NCBI GenBank assembly: GCA_047967505.1
Contig: CM106538.1
Source of the DNA: Dipteris shenzhenensis
Taxonomy: Eukaryota
Length of the DNA: 64,000 nt
Direction: 5' to 3' (one strand)
Shown here: positions 26,373 to 39,800 of the stretch, piece by piece
Layout: every line of letters starts with the position of its first letter
Position numbering within the stretch: position 1 is the first letter of the stretch
The notes under the pieces: model-generated
Seen by the model: only the letters and a program-made list of their open reading frames with translations
The model's database searches: none
Told to the model about the DNA's origin: nothing
Translations under genes and position numbers: made by a program

Positions 26373-26532
26373 CACACATAGATGCAGATCCTATTAGCTC
26401 AGATAAGAGGCTCTCGGAAACAAGTCGATGATGTCCTCCATCAGCTGCATCTATGTGTCACACACATAGATGCAGATGCTATCACCTAACTAGGAGGCTC
26501 TCGGAAACAAGTCGAAGATGTCCTCGATCATC
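26373..26532. repeat. Tandem duplication, about 88-bp period
   Basis: cacacatagatgcagat...gaggctctcggaaacaagtcga.gatgtcctc occurs twice. Confidence 0.85.
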
Positions 26533-27099
26533 TGGCCTTGAACCCACAACTCCTAACCATTCTCAAACACAGGTACCATAAAGGTAGCACCAATGGTCTC
26601 TGGAACCACCATCCTCGCCCACAAATCTGCTAGCGTTCTTGAGCAATCCGAGCACAAACATCAGGCCTATCCAGCTGTCCCCCCCAAAATCCAAGGACAG
26701 CCTACATTCTGCCAAGCACCATGTTCCCAAGGTCTATTTCCACCCGTCACCGTTACTGGAGTAATGAGATCCCTATGGGTGATCTACATAGATTCCCATC
26801 ATCACGTAACCCCGTATGGACAGACTGGGTAACCCACTAGTAGCAACATACTCCATAGATCTATTGAAGTAGCTGGTTCTGAAGGTTGAGGATCCTTACT
26901 ATATTATTCGTTTCACAAGTCCTTCAGGATATCCCATGCTTCCATTGAAGTATCCACGAGCTGAATGTGCTAAATCATTCCACCTGTTATCGTCCTGATT
27001 ATAATAGATAACACTCTGGCATCATTCTCTTTCCACTATTCTAATTGGTCTGCATCAGCTAGTTTTATTATCTATCATGTCACATCTTTGATGTCTTTG

Positions 27100-29208
27100 G
27101 GCTTTGGATCTTTATTGTTGTCACCTTCCACAACTTCGTTGCCACAAGGTGTGTTGGATTTGCTCGGGGAAATCGTCTTTGACGTCTGAAGGATGTACCT
27201 AGGCGGGATGCTCACGTTAAGGCAAGTGTATGAAGGATTATACCCTAGAGACACGGGCAAGCTCGATTGACCAATTATCCATTATGGAAGATGAAGGTTC
27301 GGAGCCACTAAGTGTTGAGGAAGTCGTGGGAGATTGCGACAGGGAGAGAGCTGATGTCTCAAGCCATCATGACTACTCCAACCACATTAACAACAACAGC
27401 AATGCTGACACTGGTAAACCCTATCTTAGTGAAAGCATGAAACATCTGAGATGCGAAGGCCTTGGCTATCATTGTGGGTACCACAGCGGATGCAATGCTT
27501 CCTCCAATACAGACGGCGAACATTTCCTTCGAGGCGTGGACCACATTGAGAGACATGTATGAGCTCAACAACGAGGCGAGTCTTGGACCTCGAGACAAAG
27601 CTGTATGGCATGAGCATGGATGAAGGGGAATCAGTTCAAGATCACATCATCAAGATGAAGGTGGTACAGGATTAGATGGCAGCGCTTGGTCAAAGGACGA
27701 GCTCGCCCAAGGTGGCAAGGCTATTGCTGGAGATGCTCCCCCGAAGCTACAATAGTTTTGGTACTACAATGATTGCAAGGAAGAGGGCAGCACCAGTGAC
27801 TTTCGAGGAGCTGGTTCCATTTTTGCTGCATGATAAAGCCCTAGTAGCTCTAGACAGGAGCGAAGGCAAGGGTAAGGGTAAGCCTAGCAAAGGCAAACGC
27901 AAGAAGGACAAATCTAATGACGGAGCGGACTCTTCAGATGAAGAGCAGAAGAAGAAGAGGAAAAAGGAAAAGTAATGCTTCTATTGTGATGAGCCAAGGC
28001 ATTTTGTGAAGGACTGCACAAACAAAAAGGTTGATTAGAATGGAGACAAACACAACTTTAGGTATATAGACCTCGGTGTTACTGTCAAGATGTCTGACAT
28101 TGAGTAATGGTTAGGAGGAGGCGGAGACCTTTGTGAAAATGATGGACAGTGACAAGTGCTTGGAGCCATTTGGGTGCTTAGCTGGTGTTGCTCACTTAAA
28201 GGGGGATCCTTCAATAGGACCTGAGGACTCAAGGTCCGACGGAAGCTGTGACTTAGTGGGGGACAACACCGAACCACACATGGAGCTTTATGGTCCAAGT
28301 AATCTGGATTTATGCTTGGGATATAATGTCTCGAGTATGCTATTTGGTAGCAGACCTAGCCAAATGGACGAGGGATTGAAACAGGCCCTAAGCGTGTGTT
28401 GCCTAGAGACTGTTCACCCATCACGAGGGGGACAGTTGGAGGATATTGGTACCTAGAGTGCTCGAATTCGAAGGCAGGTTCATGATTGCAAGAGGTGGTG
28501 CCATGAGGAGTGCATCAGGGGCATGGACTATAGGACAAAAGCCGCAGATAGCAACAGCAAGGACCAGCAGGCCATCATTTCTAGGCCTACATTCAAGAGG
28601 AGAGAAGAGGGCTGGGGCTGCAAACTAAGCTTGGAGAAGCTGTCCACCTAGGCTGACTAACTGGGCAGTAAGGTGGACGGATCACTGGACAGATAGACTA
28701 CATAAGCTCAGAGGAGCACGCGGGCTCAAGGATCTAGAAGGGCCAAGGTGATAGTACTACAACTTTTTGTGAGGAGAGAAGAGGGCTGGAGGGCTGCAAA
28801 CTAAGCTTGGAGAAGCTGTCCACCTAGGCTGACTACCTGGGCAGTAAGGTGGGCGGATCACTGGACAGATAGACTACATAAGCTCAGAGGAGCACACAGG
28901 CTCAGGGATCTAGAAGGGCCAAGGTGATAGTAGTACAACTTTTGGTAAGGAGTGAGGACAACAGTTTGGTGGGACTCAGGCCCTCTTGTCTATTGTATCC
29001 ATTGTTGGACGGAAATATGCTTTTGTTGGTGCTATATCTTTCTTGGATCTTTGTCTATTTACTTGCTTGCACATACACTAATGGTTGTGAAGTACACACA
29101 AGAAAAGAAGTTTGATTCCATAGTTAAACACTTCCACGTGTAACTCCTGGGGACATTCTATCAGTCTTCCGCAGCGGGATACCCTCTGTAGGGATTTCAT
29201 TTCTAACA
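27100..29208 (+). mobile_element. Nested copia-type gag remnant followed by a PPT and LTR-like terminus, without pol
   Basis: DAKALAIIV..EAWTTLRDMYE..KLYGMSMDEGESVQDHI..LLEMLPRSYNSF..TFEEL..CFYCDEPRHFVKDC. PPT GAGGGGGA at about 28424. The putative LTR ends at ...tctaaca (29208); this boundary is ambiguous. Confidence 0.75.
28597..28943. repeat. Tandem duplication with a 174-bp period inside the putative LTR
   Basis: gaggagagaagagggctgg...ccaaggtgatagta.tacaactttt begins at 28597 and 28771. Confidence 0.9.
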
Positions 29209-31710
29209 AGGCAGTTCTACAGCTTCACCTTCCAGACAGGGTAGTTATCCCCATCCGCTTCTCCAAACTTTTAATCGACGTATATGTTCCCATTAAACTG
29301 AAGTTCCTGGAATACAACACAGATGCGACTGACAACAACAACCAACAATCCCTCACTGACGCACCCCTGTCTGAATCTTGATCACCCTCCTTCTCACAAG
29401 GGTATCTGTCCTTCAAATGTAGGAGACAATTTTTCCACAAGCCTCAACTGCGATCTCCTTCTAAAGGTTCTCACCTTCGAGCTTCCGCACTTGTGAGTCT
29501 TCCTCAAGGCTCCCATACCATGTTCGAAAACAGAGATGGAGGTTGCTTGTAGCCAACACTGCTGCACATGAGAGTAGAAACAGTAGATATATATTGCTCC
29601 AAAGACGGACAAAACCTTGTACAAAGGTGTGCATACTGTGCCACCATCTAGCCAGATATGGTGCTGCCTAGATGTGGACCCCTGGCACCACAAAAATGTT
29701 CTCCTACCTCCTTTTGGCACCTTCCAAACTTTGTCAACCTGTCTGCTCTCCAAGAGCTCCAGTGGGCTGAGTAGATGCTCTCCCTACAGACCTGCTTGGT
29801 GCTCTAGTGCACAGCCAAAGGTGAGGACTAAGGCACTGTTTGTGCCTAATTTTTGACCTCACGGCTTCCGTCTGCAGCAAATGGTGAGGCACTGTTGCTT
29901 CTGGAACTACAGCCAATGCGTGAGGCTCTGCAAGTACTTCTGGACCTCCCCGCTGAAGGAACTGCAACCTAGAACTGAGGCACCAGAGAGAAAACACAAC
30001 ACTAGAGGCCAGAAATAAGGGCTGTCCCCCCCCCCCCTCCCCTCTTTTCTCCCCCTAGGTCATTATTGCAATAGAAATATGTTGTACCAGGTGGATCACA
30101 AGGAAGCAAGACTCTTGAGTACAAAATCTCAACATGAACTAAGAGCTCAGAGGCCCTTAACTTATAAGTTATAGAGTAGGCCAGCCAACTCGAAAGTATG
30201 TTCTTTCCAAAAGATGGCCTGCTTTCTTGCCTACAATAGGCAGCTTTCCCAGAAAGCTGGGCTTTCTCCAAAAGCAAGCATTCTCATGGGCTCTCTCCAA
30301 AAGCCAGCGCTTTCTCCATAAAGTGGGGCGCCTTTGATGCTTTTCGCTCAAGTGGGCCCCGATAGCAAGAGAGAGCCTAACTCACTCTCTCTCTACTCAC
30401 AATAACTGAACTGAAATGAAATATGCATTCAAACACATGTGGAACTGTGGAATGAGTGCAAGAATCTGAGGAGCCAGGGAATAAATAACTGAATATCTGT
30501 CTACCCAAAGGGCTGAATACAATGAAAGAATAAGAACACTACAGAAGGAAAGGAAACTGTACTGTATAGAGGTTCACTCTAGATCTGGAACTGAGGGCTG
30601 TTGTGATGCAATCCCTATCTGCTGCTGTAATGGACTGAACCAGGCTCAGAACTAACTGAGGAGGGGGCTGGACTGCTGCACCTTTCCTGCCCCTGATCCA
30701 AGCCTGTAGACTCTCAAGATTAAGCACTGAAGGAGAGGATGAGAAATGAGGGCCAAGGGGCTGCCCTCTTTTAGGTTTTTACGGCAGACTTGCCGACCCT
30801 TGGTCGGTTGGTCAACGCAGACCATTGACCAGGTCAGTCAAAAGTCAAAGTTAACCAAAAAGCTTTTTTACCTCAGATGTCTTCTGTGGTGGTATTTGAT
30901 GGTGCTGCAGCGTGTAGGCAGCATGCCACGGGTTGTGAATGCCCATGACATCCCCTTCTACTAAAACTCTGACAAGGGTAAGAAAAAAGCCTCCTTGCAC
31001 GCTAAGAAGAGGTCGAGATAATATGTGAAAAAATCCCTCTTCAACCCATGGTACCTCATGGGAGCCCTATTGGAAAGGTCACCTCCCCATCTGTAAGCCC
31101 CAAATGAGGAGAGCGTGGGAGAGGGAGACCTAGGGCAAAGATCTGCCAAAAAAAGAGAGAGAGGGGGGCTGCCACATGGGCAGCACCTCGCAGCGAACAA
31201 AAGCGGGATTGTCCCAGGGCAAAGGCGCAATTGTGACAAGGAGAGTGGGCAGGCTTATGGCCTGCAACAGACCTAGGGGAGAACAGCACCAAAGCCAGCT
31301 AGAAGGAGGGCTGGTTGGGCTGGTTGGAGCCAGTCAACCAGGCCCAGGATGGAGCAGATCAAGGGGCTGGGCGCCAAAGGCCCCGCTATATGTAGCCCCA
31401 CAGGTCGGTGGAGAGGCAGGGCACAGGGCCCAGAGGCGCTTCGAAAAGAGCGCCCATGGCAGGGGCTGATGGGTCGGCCAGTGGACCCTCATGGGTCAGC
31501 CATTTTGGAGCAGTGAGTCAGCCAATCAAGGGCCTGCTGGTCGGTTGATTTGGGGCAGGATTGCCCTATATAAAGGGAGACCCTTGATCTAGATTTGAGC
31601 ATCCAAAGAGCTTCAGTGGATTCTAAAGAATCAGAGCATGAGTTACCTTATGGTCTTCCCCCTCGGAGAATAAGATAAAGCTTCTTTGGAGGCTCAGACA
31701 GTTTTCAATC

Positions 31711-32735
31711 TGTTAGAAAAGGCGGCAAAATCTGCCATGTGTCACCTCGGGTTGTGCCGGGTGCGGGGGTCCCAATCCTCGTGCAATGCCTCCCTTTCAC
31801 CCAAAAAGAGCCAGCTGGGATTGTTGTGAGGGTCTCAAACCCTGTGTATATACAAGGAATCATGCAGCACATATTTACTTATGGGATACCAATGCCATGT
31901 GTCGACACGCATGCACCAAGGGCCTTGAGCCCCTTCCACTTCCAATAATCACATTGATGCCACGAGGCAATTTGGGCCACACAAAGCCTCCCAAAGCCTA
32001 AAGTTCCAACACCCCCCCATGGTCCAAACACCACGAGTGAGAACCGGACAGCCAAACACGGACCGCCCACACAAGGCTAAATCAGCCATTCAAATTCTGA
32101 CCACCCACACAGGGCTGGGTCAACCAACGAACTACTGGTGGACAGCTCACGAACCATTTATTGACTGACACATGCCATCATCAATCCCTGCACCAGCCAC
32201 CTGAGAATTCATCACAGAAGATACCGCCGTCAAAGTCTGGACAGGTACTACAGTCAAAGCACCCACAAGCTGCCACTTCCCCTGAGCACGCACATCCCCT
32301 TGTCAAGTGCACAAAGCAGCCAGCTGCTGCCACCTCAGCATACGCGCAGACAGCGCATGCACGTGGGTCACCACTTCCCCCGTGCACGCGCAGGAGCTTT
32401 CTTTGAATAGGTCCAATAGCAGCTGCAATAGGTAGAAGTCCATCAAACAGTGCGCCGCCAAACATGTGGCGCAATCACAAAGTCCATAGGGGTCAGCCCT
32501 ACTCTGATACAATGTTAGAAAAGGCGGCAGAATCTGCCATGTGTCACCTCCGGGTTGCGCTAGGTGCAAGGGTCCCAATCCCCGCCCCATAGCCACGCAA
32601 TGCCTTCCCTTCACCCAAAAAGAGCTGCCTAGGATAGTGAAGAGGGTCTTAAATCCTGTAAATATCCAAGGAATCATAAACCACATATTTACTTATGGGA
32701 TATCAAAGCCACGTGTCGACGCGCCCCAAGGCCTG
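31711..32735 (-). mobile_element. Two diverged LTR-like copies with a PBS-like site between them; small LTR element remnant
   Basis: tgttagaaaaggcggca.aatctgccatgtgtcacctc at 31711 and 32513. ctctgatacaa at 32502-32512 is approximately the reverse complement of TGGTATCAGAG. Confidence 0.7.
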
Positions 32736-32769
32736 TAGTTCCAACACAAAAAACTGTATATGCTGAGCC

Positions 32770-33844
32770 TCTGAGAAAAAGCAAGAGAGCAAGAGTGAGC
32801 AAGATGGAGAGTGAGCTGAACGTAGTTCACTCCCAAGATGTACTGAACTGAAGTTTAAGTACAAGGAAAGAAATAAGGGTTTTGACCTTATCTAATCACT
32901 AACTGTAGTTAGAGATTAGACCGTGGTTAGGGGGAAAAACCTCTAAGAGGGAAAAGTGCCCCTAACTCACTTATGACATTACATTGGCCACTGCCTAGAA
33001 TATATTAATAATTCTAACAACCCCCTGCAGTGCCAATGTGGTGTACAAGGTAGTGATCAATCACCAAAAGGAGATAAGTTTAGGGCACTACGAAATACCT
33101 TAAACTTCTCACATGGAAGTGCTTTGGTGAAGATGGCTGCAACATTGTCATGTGTTGACACATAGATCATACTGATCTCCCCTGCATGCAACTTCTCTCT
33201 GACATAACCTCAATGTGCTTCGTGCGAGCATGAAACACAAGATTCTTTGCCACTGCAATAGCACTCTGACTATCAGTGAGAATAGTAGGAGGACCCTCCA
33301 ATATGAGACGAAGATCAGCGAACAAACGTCGCAGCCAAACACACTCAACTGTCCTTGTGAAAGCTACCATGTACTCAGCTTCACACGAGGAAGTAGCCAC
33401 TATAGATTGCTTCTTGCTCAACCAAGAAATGCAAGCGTTGCCCAAAAAGAAACAATTACCACTAGTAGACTGCCTAGTATCATAGTCTCCAGCCCAATCC
33501 GAATCACTGTAAGCATGCATTTGCAAAGTCACCCCCCTTGGGAAACATCAAGCCACCAAATAAAAATTTGCACGGCACCCCTTGACGGGCGCCAGCGTCC
33601 CATCACCGGCTATGCACCAGCCAGGGCAACATGACATACGGAGGATTCTGCTCTGCTCTAGTCCTTTTCTTTTCATTGTTACATCCAGATGTATTTGATT
33701 ATGTATGATTAGACTTAGGATTCAGCACGGGTGATGATGCTCGTTTCAGTAGCTCCACCCTTACTGTGATTTGTATTAGGTTTTCTTTCAGTCTCGTAGA
33801 CCCATCGGTCTTCCGAAGACTCTAATAAAATTTATTTATTTATT

Positions 33845-33889
<45 letters not shown>

Positions 33890-36800
33890 TGTACGCACGC
33901 ACGCACTTTTTTTAGTAAAGCTTTTATTACCAAGTGAAAAACCTCAAAAGAGGTAAAAACCGACAAAAATTACAAAAATAAAAAGAATAACCCTAGCCCA
34001 AAGGACAGGATCAAACATCCCAAGAAGTCAAGGAGAAGTAAGTACAAGTATCTAGGATGACGAATGAGAGGACATGAAGACGACATCCTCCAGAGGAATC
34101 CCATTTTGAGCTAAAAACATATGTAGTGGCTTAACGGAACCATCTGCAACCATCTGCAAAATAAACTTTCTTGGGACCCTTGTGAGTTTTCTTCACAAAT
34201 GCGGATATCCGGAACTTTTGGAGAAGAGGATCAAAAGCTGCTTGCATCAGAGGGTGAAAATCCCCTAGCACAAATGTAGGAGAAGCTCCACCTGATACAG
34301 AGGAAGAACCAGAATCCAACATCTGAGAAGCATGCTGGGCAGTTGTATCCAAATCCAGCAGAAGCATCCGTAGTATCAAGCCCAATCGGCAATGAAGTTT
34401 CTGACTAATGACATGCATCCACATCAATATCCACAAAAGGCATAAGCTGCTGATCACATGCATCCACTCCAATATCCATGATAGATGAAAATGCTGAGAC
34501 TCATCTGATGGAGAAGCAGGCTCAGACTGATCCTCATCAAAGCAAGCTGAAATAGGCATATCCAATCGATCCTTAGTCTCAACAATAATAGGCATTTGTG
34601 AATCATGCATAGCCTTATGGTTCTCAAGAGGTGTAGACTGAAAACTAGGCATTTCCTGCATCAAATTATTAATCTGTTGTGTGGAAGCCTGAGGATGTTC
34701 TGAAGAACATGCAATACGGACAGGAGAAGAAGTAGAAGCATGAGAGGAATCTATTCTTCTCCGTTGTTGTTTCAAAGAGAAAGGAATAGGTTTGCCAATT
34801 GAAGGCGTAGCCAAATTCTGAACAAGTTGAGTCGCAACTTGAGAACACTGGTGAGCAAAGTGACCAACCTTTCTGTATTTGTAACAAGCATTGGGGAAAG
34901 AAGAGAAGCGCAGGGAAATCAATAAGGAGAGGATAATTGCATGTCAAGAACCAAATACACTGGTATAGCCTGCTACATATCCCAAAGAACACAAAGATGC
35001 ACATCCTTGCTCGGCACAAGATATTTTTCTTGCAAACCATACTAAACTCTGCCCAATTAGTGCTGCAATAGTATGCAAGTGAGCAAAGAGATGTACTGGG
35101 AGGGATTTTAGAGTGATCCACATAGGACAGAAAGAGAGAAATTCCATTGCCGGAATCCCATGGCATGACATAAGCCAATAAACCACGAGCCATAATGGCA
35201 CCTCTGGAAAGAAGAGAGTGTAAGACATCAAAAGTGGCACACTGAGCATAGTAGAACCCTTTTCCAAGAAAGATAAACCACGAAAGAGCAGCTTCATCCC
35301 TTGTAACTTCTTGAACTTCTTAAGAAGAACCCTTTTCCAAGAAAGATGAACCACGAAAGAGCAGTTGCATCCCCTATAACTTCTTGAACCCAAGCACGAA
35401 GCTGATGCTCCTTCAAAACCTTGCCCATGAAATATATAGAGAGGCCCAGCTTGTGTGCTTAAAACCAGATCTCACAGTAATGTGCGATGAAGCACCGATG
35501 AAGAAGGAAAGGACCGAACAGAATCAGCACATAGGGACTCCAAAGCATCGAATTGCATTGCAGATGAGGAGAAAGTGAACAATTCTGACTTGAAAGATTT
35601 CTCGACAGAAGAGAGAAGCGTCACTCTTCCGTTTGGACCAAAAGGCAACTGCCAGCAGATGAGGCTTGAAACTTGAAAGCGGAATCATCATGGCTGAGAA
35701 GTGATGGTGAACCCAAAGGGATTGACGTTAAGGGGACTTCAGGAAGGGGTGAAGAGATGTCGACAGAAAGTAGCGCAGATTGGGCAGAAACAGGAGAAGC
35801 AGTATGCAGATGGAATGGTAGGCAAACTTGAGGCCCAAGTGAACGGAGGGCCTGCACGTGACAATGATGAAGAAACATCAACAAACAGAGGCGATGATCG
35901 GGCAGATCCGAGGGAAGCAGGAATTGCAGACGGAAAGTCGGGAGGACTGAAAATGGCAACAGAAGGAAGCCCTGTGCAAGGCGGTGGGAGGGGGAGGGCT
36001 GTGGCAGCATCCCCCCCTCCCCCCCCCCCCCCCAAAACACACGCGCACACACACACTCACTCACTCACTCACTCACTCTCTGCTTGCTCCCCTCCATCAC
36101 CATAGCCTAGCCTTCTGTCTGCCATCGCCATAGCGTAGCCTTCAGCCCTCGTCTGTTCGGAGCTTCCTTCAACTCGTGTCTGCTGCCATCCACTGCTTCA
36201 GTCTGTTGGTGTTCTGGTGCCATCAACTGCTCCAACCTGTGGGTTCTTGCCATCAATTGGCGTCTCCAGCTAGTAGCTCCCACGCACCTTCCACTAGCTG
36301 TTCAAGCCCATGAATGCCAGTTGCTCATGCGCTCCAAATTGCCATCGACTGACTACAGCAACTGTTTCCTCCAGCTTGCCACTTCGTCATAATCTGCTCC
36401 AGCTCATAAATGCCTTCAAGTTGACTGTTCAAGCTTCCAAGAAGCCTATCCGAGAATTGCTACACCTGTTGCTTTCGCTGCTTCCATGCCCTATCCATAC
36501 TCGTCACTTCAGGCTCACTTGATTCAACTCGAGACTTGGGAGCAGATCGTCATGGAGGTTCAGTGTAGGAGGGATGGAGCAGCATCGCCTCATCCTACAT
36601 CCTTGGTCAGGAGGGACTACAGCTTCATGAGGAGGTGACAGCCACAGCGATAGCCCCGTGCCATGGGCCAAACATAGAGGTACAGATAGCACCATGAAGT
36701 GGGCTATTGCTGAGACTTCCATATGGATCAACGTCGTGAAAAGGGAGTGTGCGAAGGCCGCCGTTCCAACCACCAGCAACAGAGGGCTAGTAAGGCTCTC

Positions 36801-39800
36801 AATATTAGATTGTAGGGGATCCCTCGCATAAGCTGTCTCAACTGAAAGAGCCCCCCCTGCGTGCCTTACTGCACTACGAGTCCTTCCAGGCAATGGAGCC
36901 TCAAGCCTACTCTCCCTGAGAGTTTGAAGCAACCAATTCGGGACTGTTTTGGCTGCGTGTATCTCTTGAATCTCTTGCCTGACAACTTCATCCACACCCT
37001 GAGGTGGTACAAAATCAGCCGGTGGCTGAATCGGGGCATGTGGATTTGGAGGAGGTTGCTGTAAATTCTGAGTTTCAGGGGGGGAACCAAATGCTATAGG
37101 AAGCATCCCCTCAAACACATCATCTGAAGAAGCTGGAATCTGAAATTCAGCATGTGTATGTGCTGAATTTTCAAAGAATATAACCTCTCTACTAACAAAA
37201 AACCTTGCACGTAGCAAGATTGTAGAGACGCTAGCCTTTACTTTGTGAACTATAATGCATTTAAGTGCCTTATCTGACAACTTGTGTCTAAACTCCACAG
37301 GCACGTGGGCATATGCAACACAACCAAAAACTCTAAAACGGTCCACTGAAGGCTTTCTCCCATGCCATGCCTCATAGGGAGTGATTGTCTTCAAAGCCTT
37401 TGTAGGAGCCCGATTCAAAATATAGTTGGCACATATGACGCCTTTAAGCCAAAACCTGTGAGGCAACTTCTTACTTGTAAGCATGCATCTATTCATCTCC
37501 ATGGCAGTGTGATTCTTCCGCTCAACTTTGCCATTCTGTTGAGGTGTAAGCCTCACTGTAAGCTGATGTGTGATGCCTTTCTCCTTCAAAAATGCCTCAA
37601 ATTCATCAGACATATACTCTCCCCCTCGATCTGTGCAAAGTGTCTGCACCTTGAGTCCTGTCTCATTCTCAACCATAGCCACAAAGTGTTTGAAATGCAT
37701 AAACACTTCTGATTTTGCGTTGAGACCATCGACCCAAGTGTAGTTGGTGAAGTCATTTATGAATGTAACAAAATAGAGATAACCCCCAAAAGCAGGTGTC
37801 CTCATGGGACCGCAGACATCACTGTGAATTAACTGTAATTTCCATGTAGCTTTCACTGCACCATCTTTCTTGAAGGGAAGTCTATGCATCTTGCCAAGGA
37901 TGCAACCTTCATATGCATGAGGAGGAGGCGACTCTAAAGGAGGCAATGCATCAACCATATCGTGCCTCTAAAGTGTCATTAAGCTGCCATAGCTCATGTG
38001 CCCATACTTGACATGCCATAACTCCGCATTCTGCATCGCAGCAGTGGAAGTGCTCACTGATAATGCAAGATCGGATCTTTTTTCATATAGATCAAGCTGA
38101 AAAAGACCCCGATATAAAGTGCTAGACAACATCAAAGCATAGTCACTCTCTTTGTCTCTGACTACGCACTTGTCATCATCAAAAACAACCTGAAATCCTC
38201 CTCTGTGAGGACACTGAAAGCAAATTCATCTTTATGCCTGGCACATAGAGAACATCTGAAATTCTGAAATCTGTGCCATCAGCGGATGTGAGAATAATGT
38301 CTCCCACTCCACACACTGAATAAGAAGAATTATTTGCACAAGTCACCTTCTTGGTGGGTGGAGGATGCAGAGATACAAACAGACTCTTCTTGGAAGTGAT
38401 GTGCTTTGAAGCACCACTATCAAAATACCAAGTATTCAGTATCTCATTGACACTGAGAGAGCATGCATCCTTTGAAGGATCATAGCTGCAAGTCAAAAAA
38501 GCATATGGGCCATCATCATTAGTGGCTGTAGCATCTGAACTACCCACTGAAAAATCCTAAGTGCAAGACAAAAAGGCATAGTGCTCTTCCACAAAGTTGG
38601 CTGCAACATGGAGCTGATGCATCTGACACAGCCATACTTGAATCCCTTTTCTTCTCTTTAGCTATGCGCTTCTTGTATTCTCCAATATAATGACTTGGCT
38701 TCTTGCAATAATAACAGATGCCCTTCATTTTATGCTTATCTGCATCACCCTTTGCCTTATAAGAGGGCTGTCCTGAATTAGCTTTATGCTGATGTGCGGG
38801 CTGATTGGCATGTGGCTTTTGCTGCCCTTTACCCTTGGGCTTGAACTTGGAGAGCATGGCATGCTCGCCAGCCCAGGTTGCCATATTTATGCGAGTCTGC
38901 TCCTCCTGCAACAAAAGTCCTATCAACTCGTAAAAAGAGAGAGGATTGCTGCCTTTAGCGAGGTGTGAAACCCAAGATAGGACTCAGGAAGAGAGTTTAG
39001 AGTGGTGGTGATCATCTCTGAATCCGGAATGACTTCATCAATATTCAGCAACCGTTCCCTCAAGTCCTGAAGCTTTGTGAGGTAAGAATTCATGAAATCT
39101 CCCTCATCCATATGCGTATGGGAAAGCTCTCGCTTCAGAAAGGAAACTCTGGCGTCATTTCTTGCTGCAAACATACTCTCTAGTATCTCCCAAGCTGCCA
39201 TAGATGTCTTGCATGACCGAATGTGAGGTATAATGAACCTCTTGACAGAGAGAGAAATCATTGAAAGAGCTTGTGCATCTCGAGTCCCATCTTTTTTGCT
39301 CTGCTGTGGGAGCTCCTAGAGCCGCTGCTCCAACTACTTGTGCTACATTTGCACCTCTACCCCTACCTCCAGCTGTAGGAGTGACAGGTGTAGCCACTAT
39401 ATCTGGTCTTGCTTCATCTCCATTGACATAATCCCAAAGATGTCTGCCAACCAAGATATTGCGAACCATGAAACTCCACAAGGAGTAGTTGATGCCATCC
39501 AACTTAATCTCCTATGTGAGAACTCCAAACACCTCATTGGGGTTGTTCTGAGCCATTTTCACCAGATAATCTTAAAAAACACAGCAAACTGACCAAGTAA
39601 AATCCTTTCCTGGGATATAAAATGCACAAGTAAAATCTGCAAAGAAAATCTATCACAGCCTATCAAAGGCTCAAAATGCGCTTCAATGCTCTATTGAATG
39701 CCCAAAAATCTGCAAATAGAATCTGCAAAAAGTGGCAAAAGTCTGCAAATTGACTCGTACTGAGTCCAGAACTGCTTGCAAACTTCTAAAATACTCTCTT

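Larger units (their letters stand above)
25568..29990 (-). mobile_element. Old Ty1/copia-type element with diverged LTRs (about 25568-26339 and 29521-29990) and a gag split by a nested insertion
   Basis: The two LTR copies share gaaaacagagatggaggttgcttg...gtgccaccatctag...cctagaactgaggcaccaga. PBS-like ctcccatacca at 29510-29520 and PPT-like ccctctctca at 26340. gag motifs GDNYPVWKVKL (about 29230) and WKENDARVLSII..SMEAWDILKDL (about 26920-27040). Confidence 0.75.

Noticed and set aside
36504-36850. C-terminal part of the 484-aa integrase ORF as a genuine domain
   Set aside because: It runs past the breakpoint into non-copia sequence, and the element is frameshifted upstream, so a functional fusion is unlikely.
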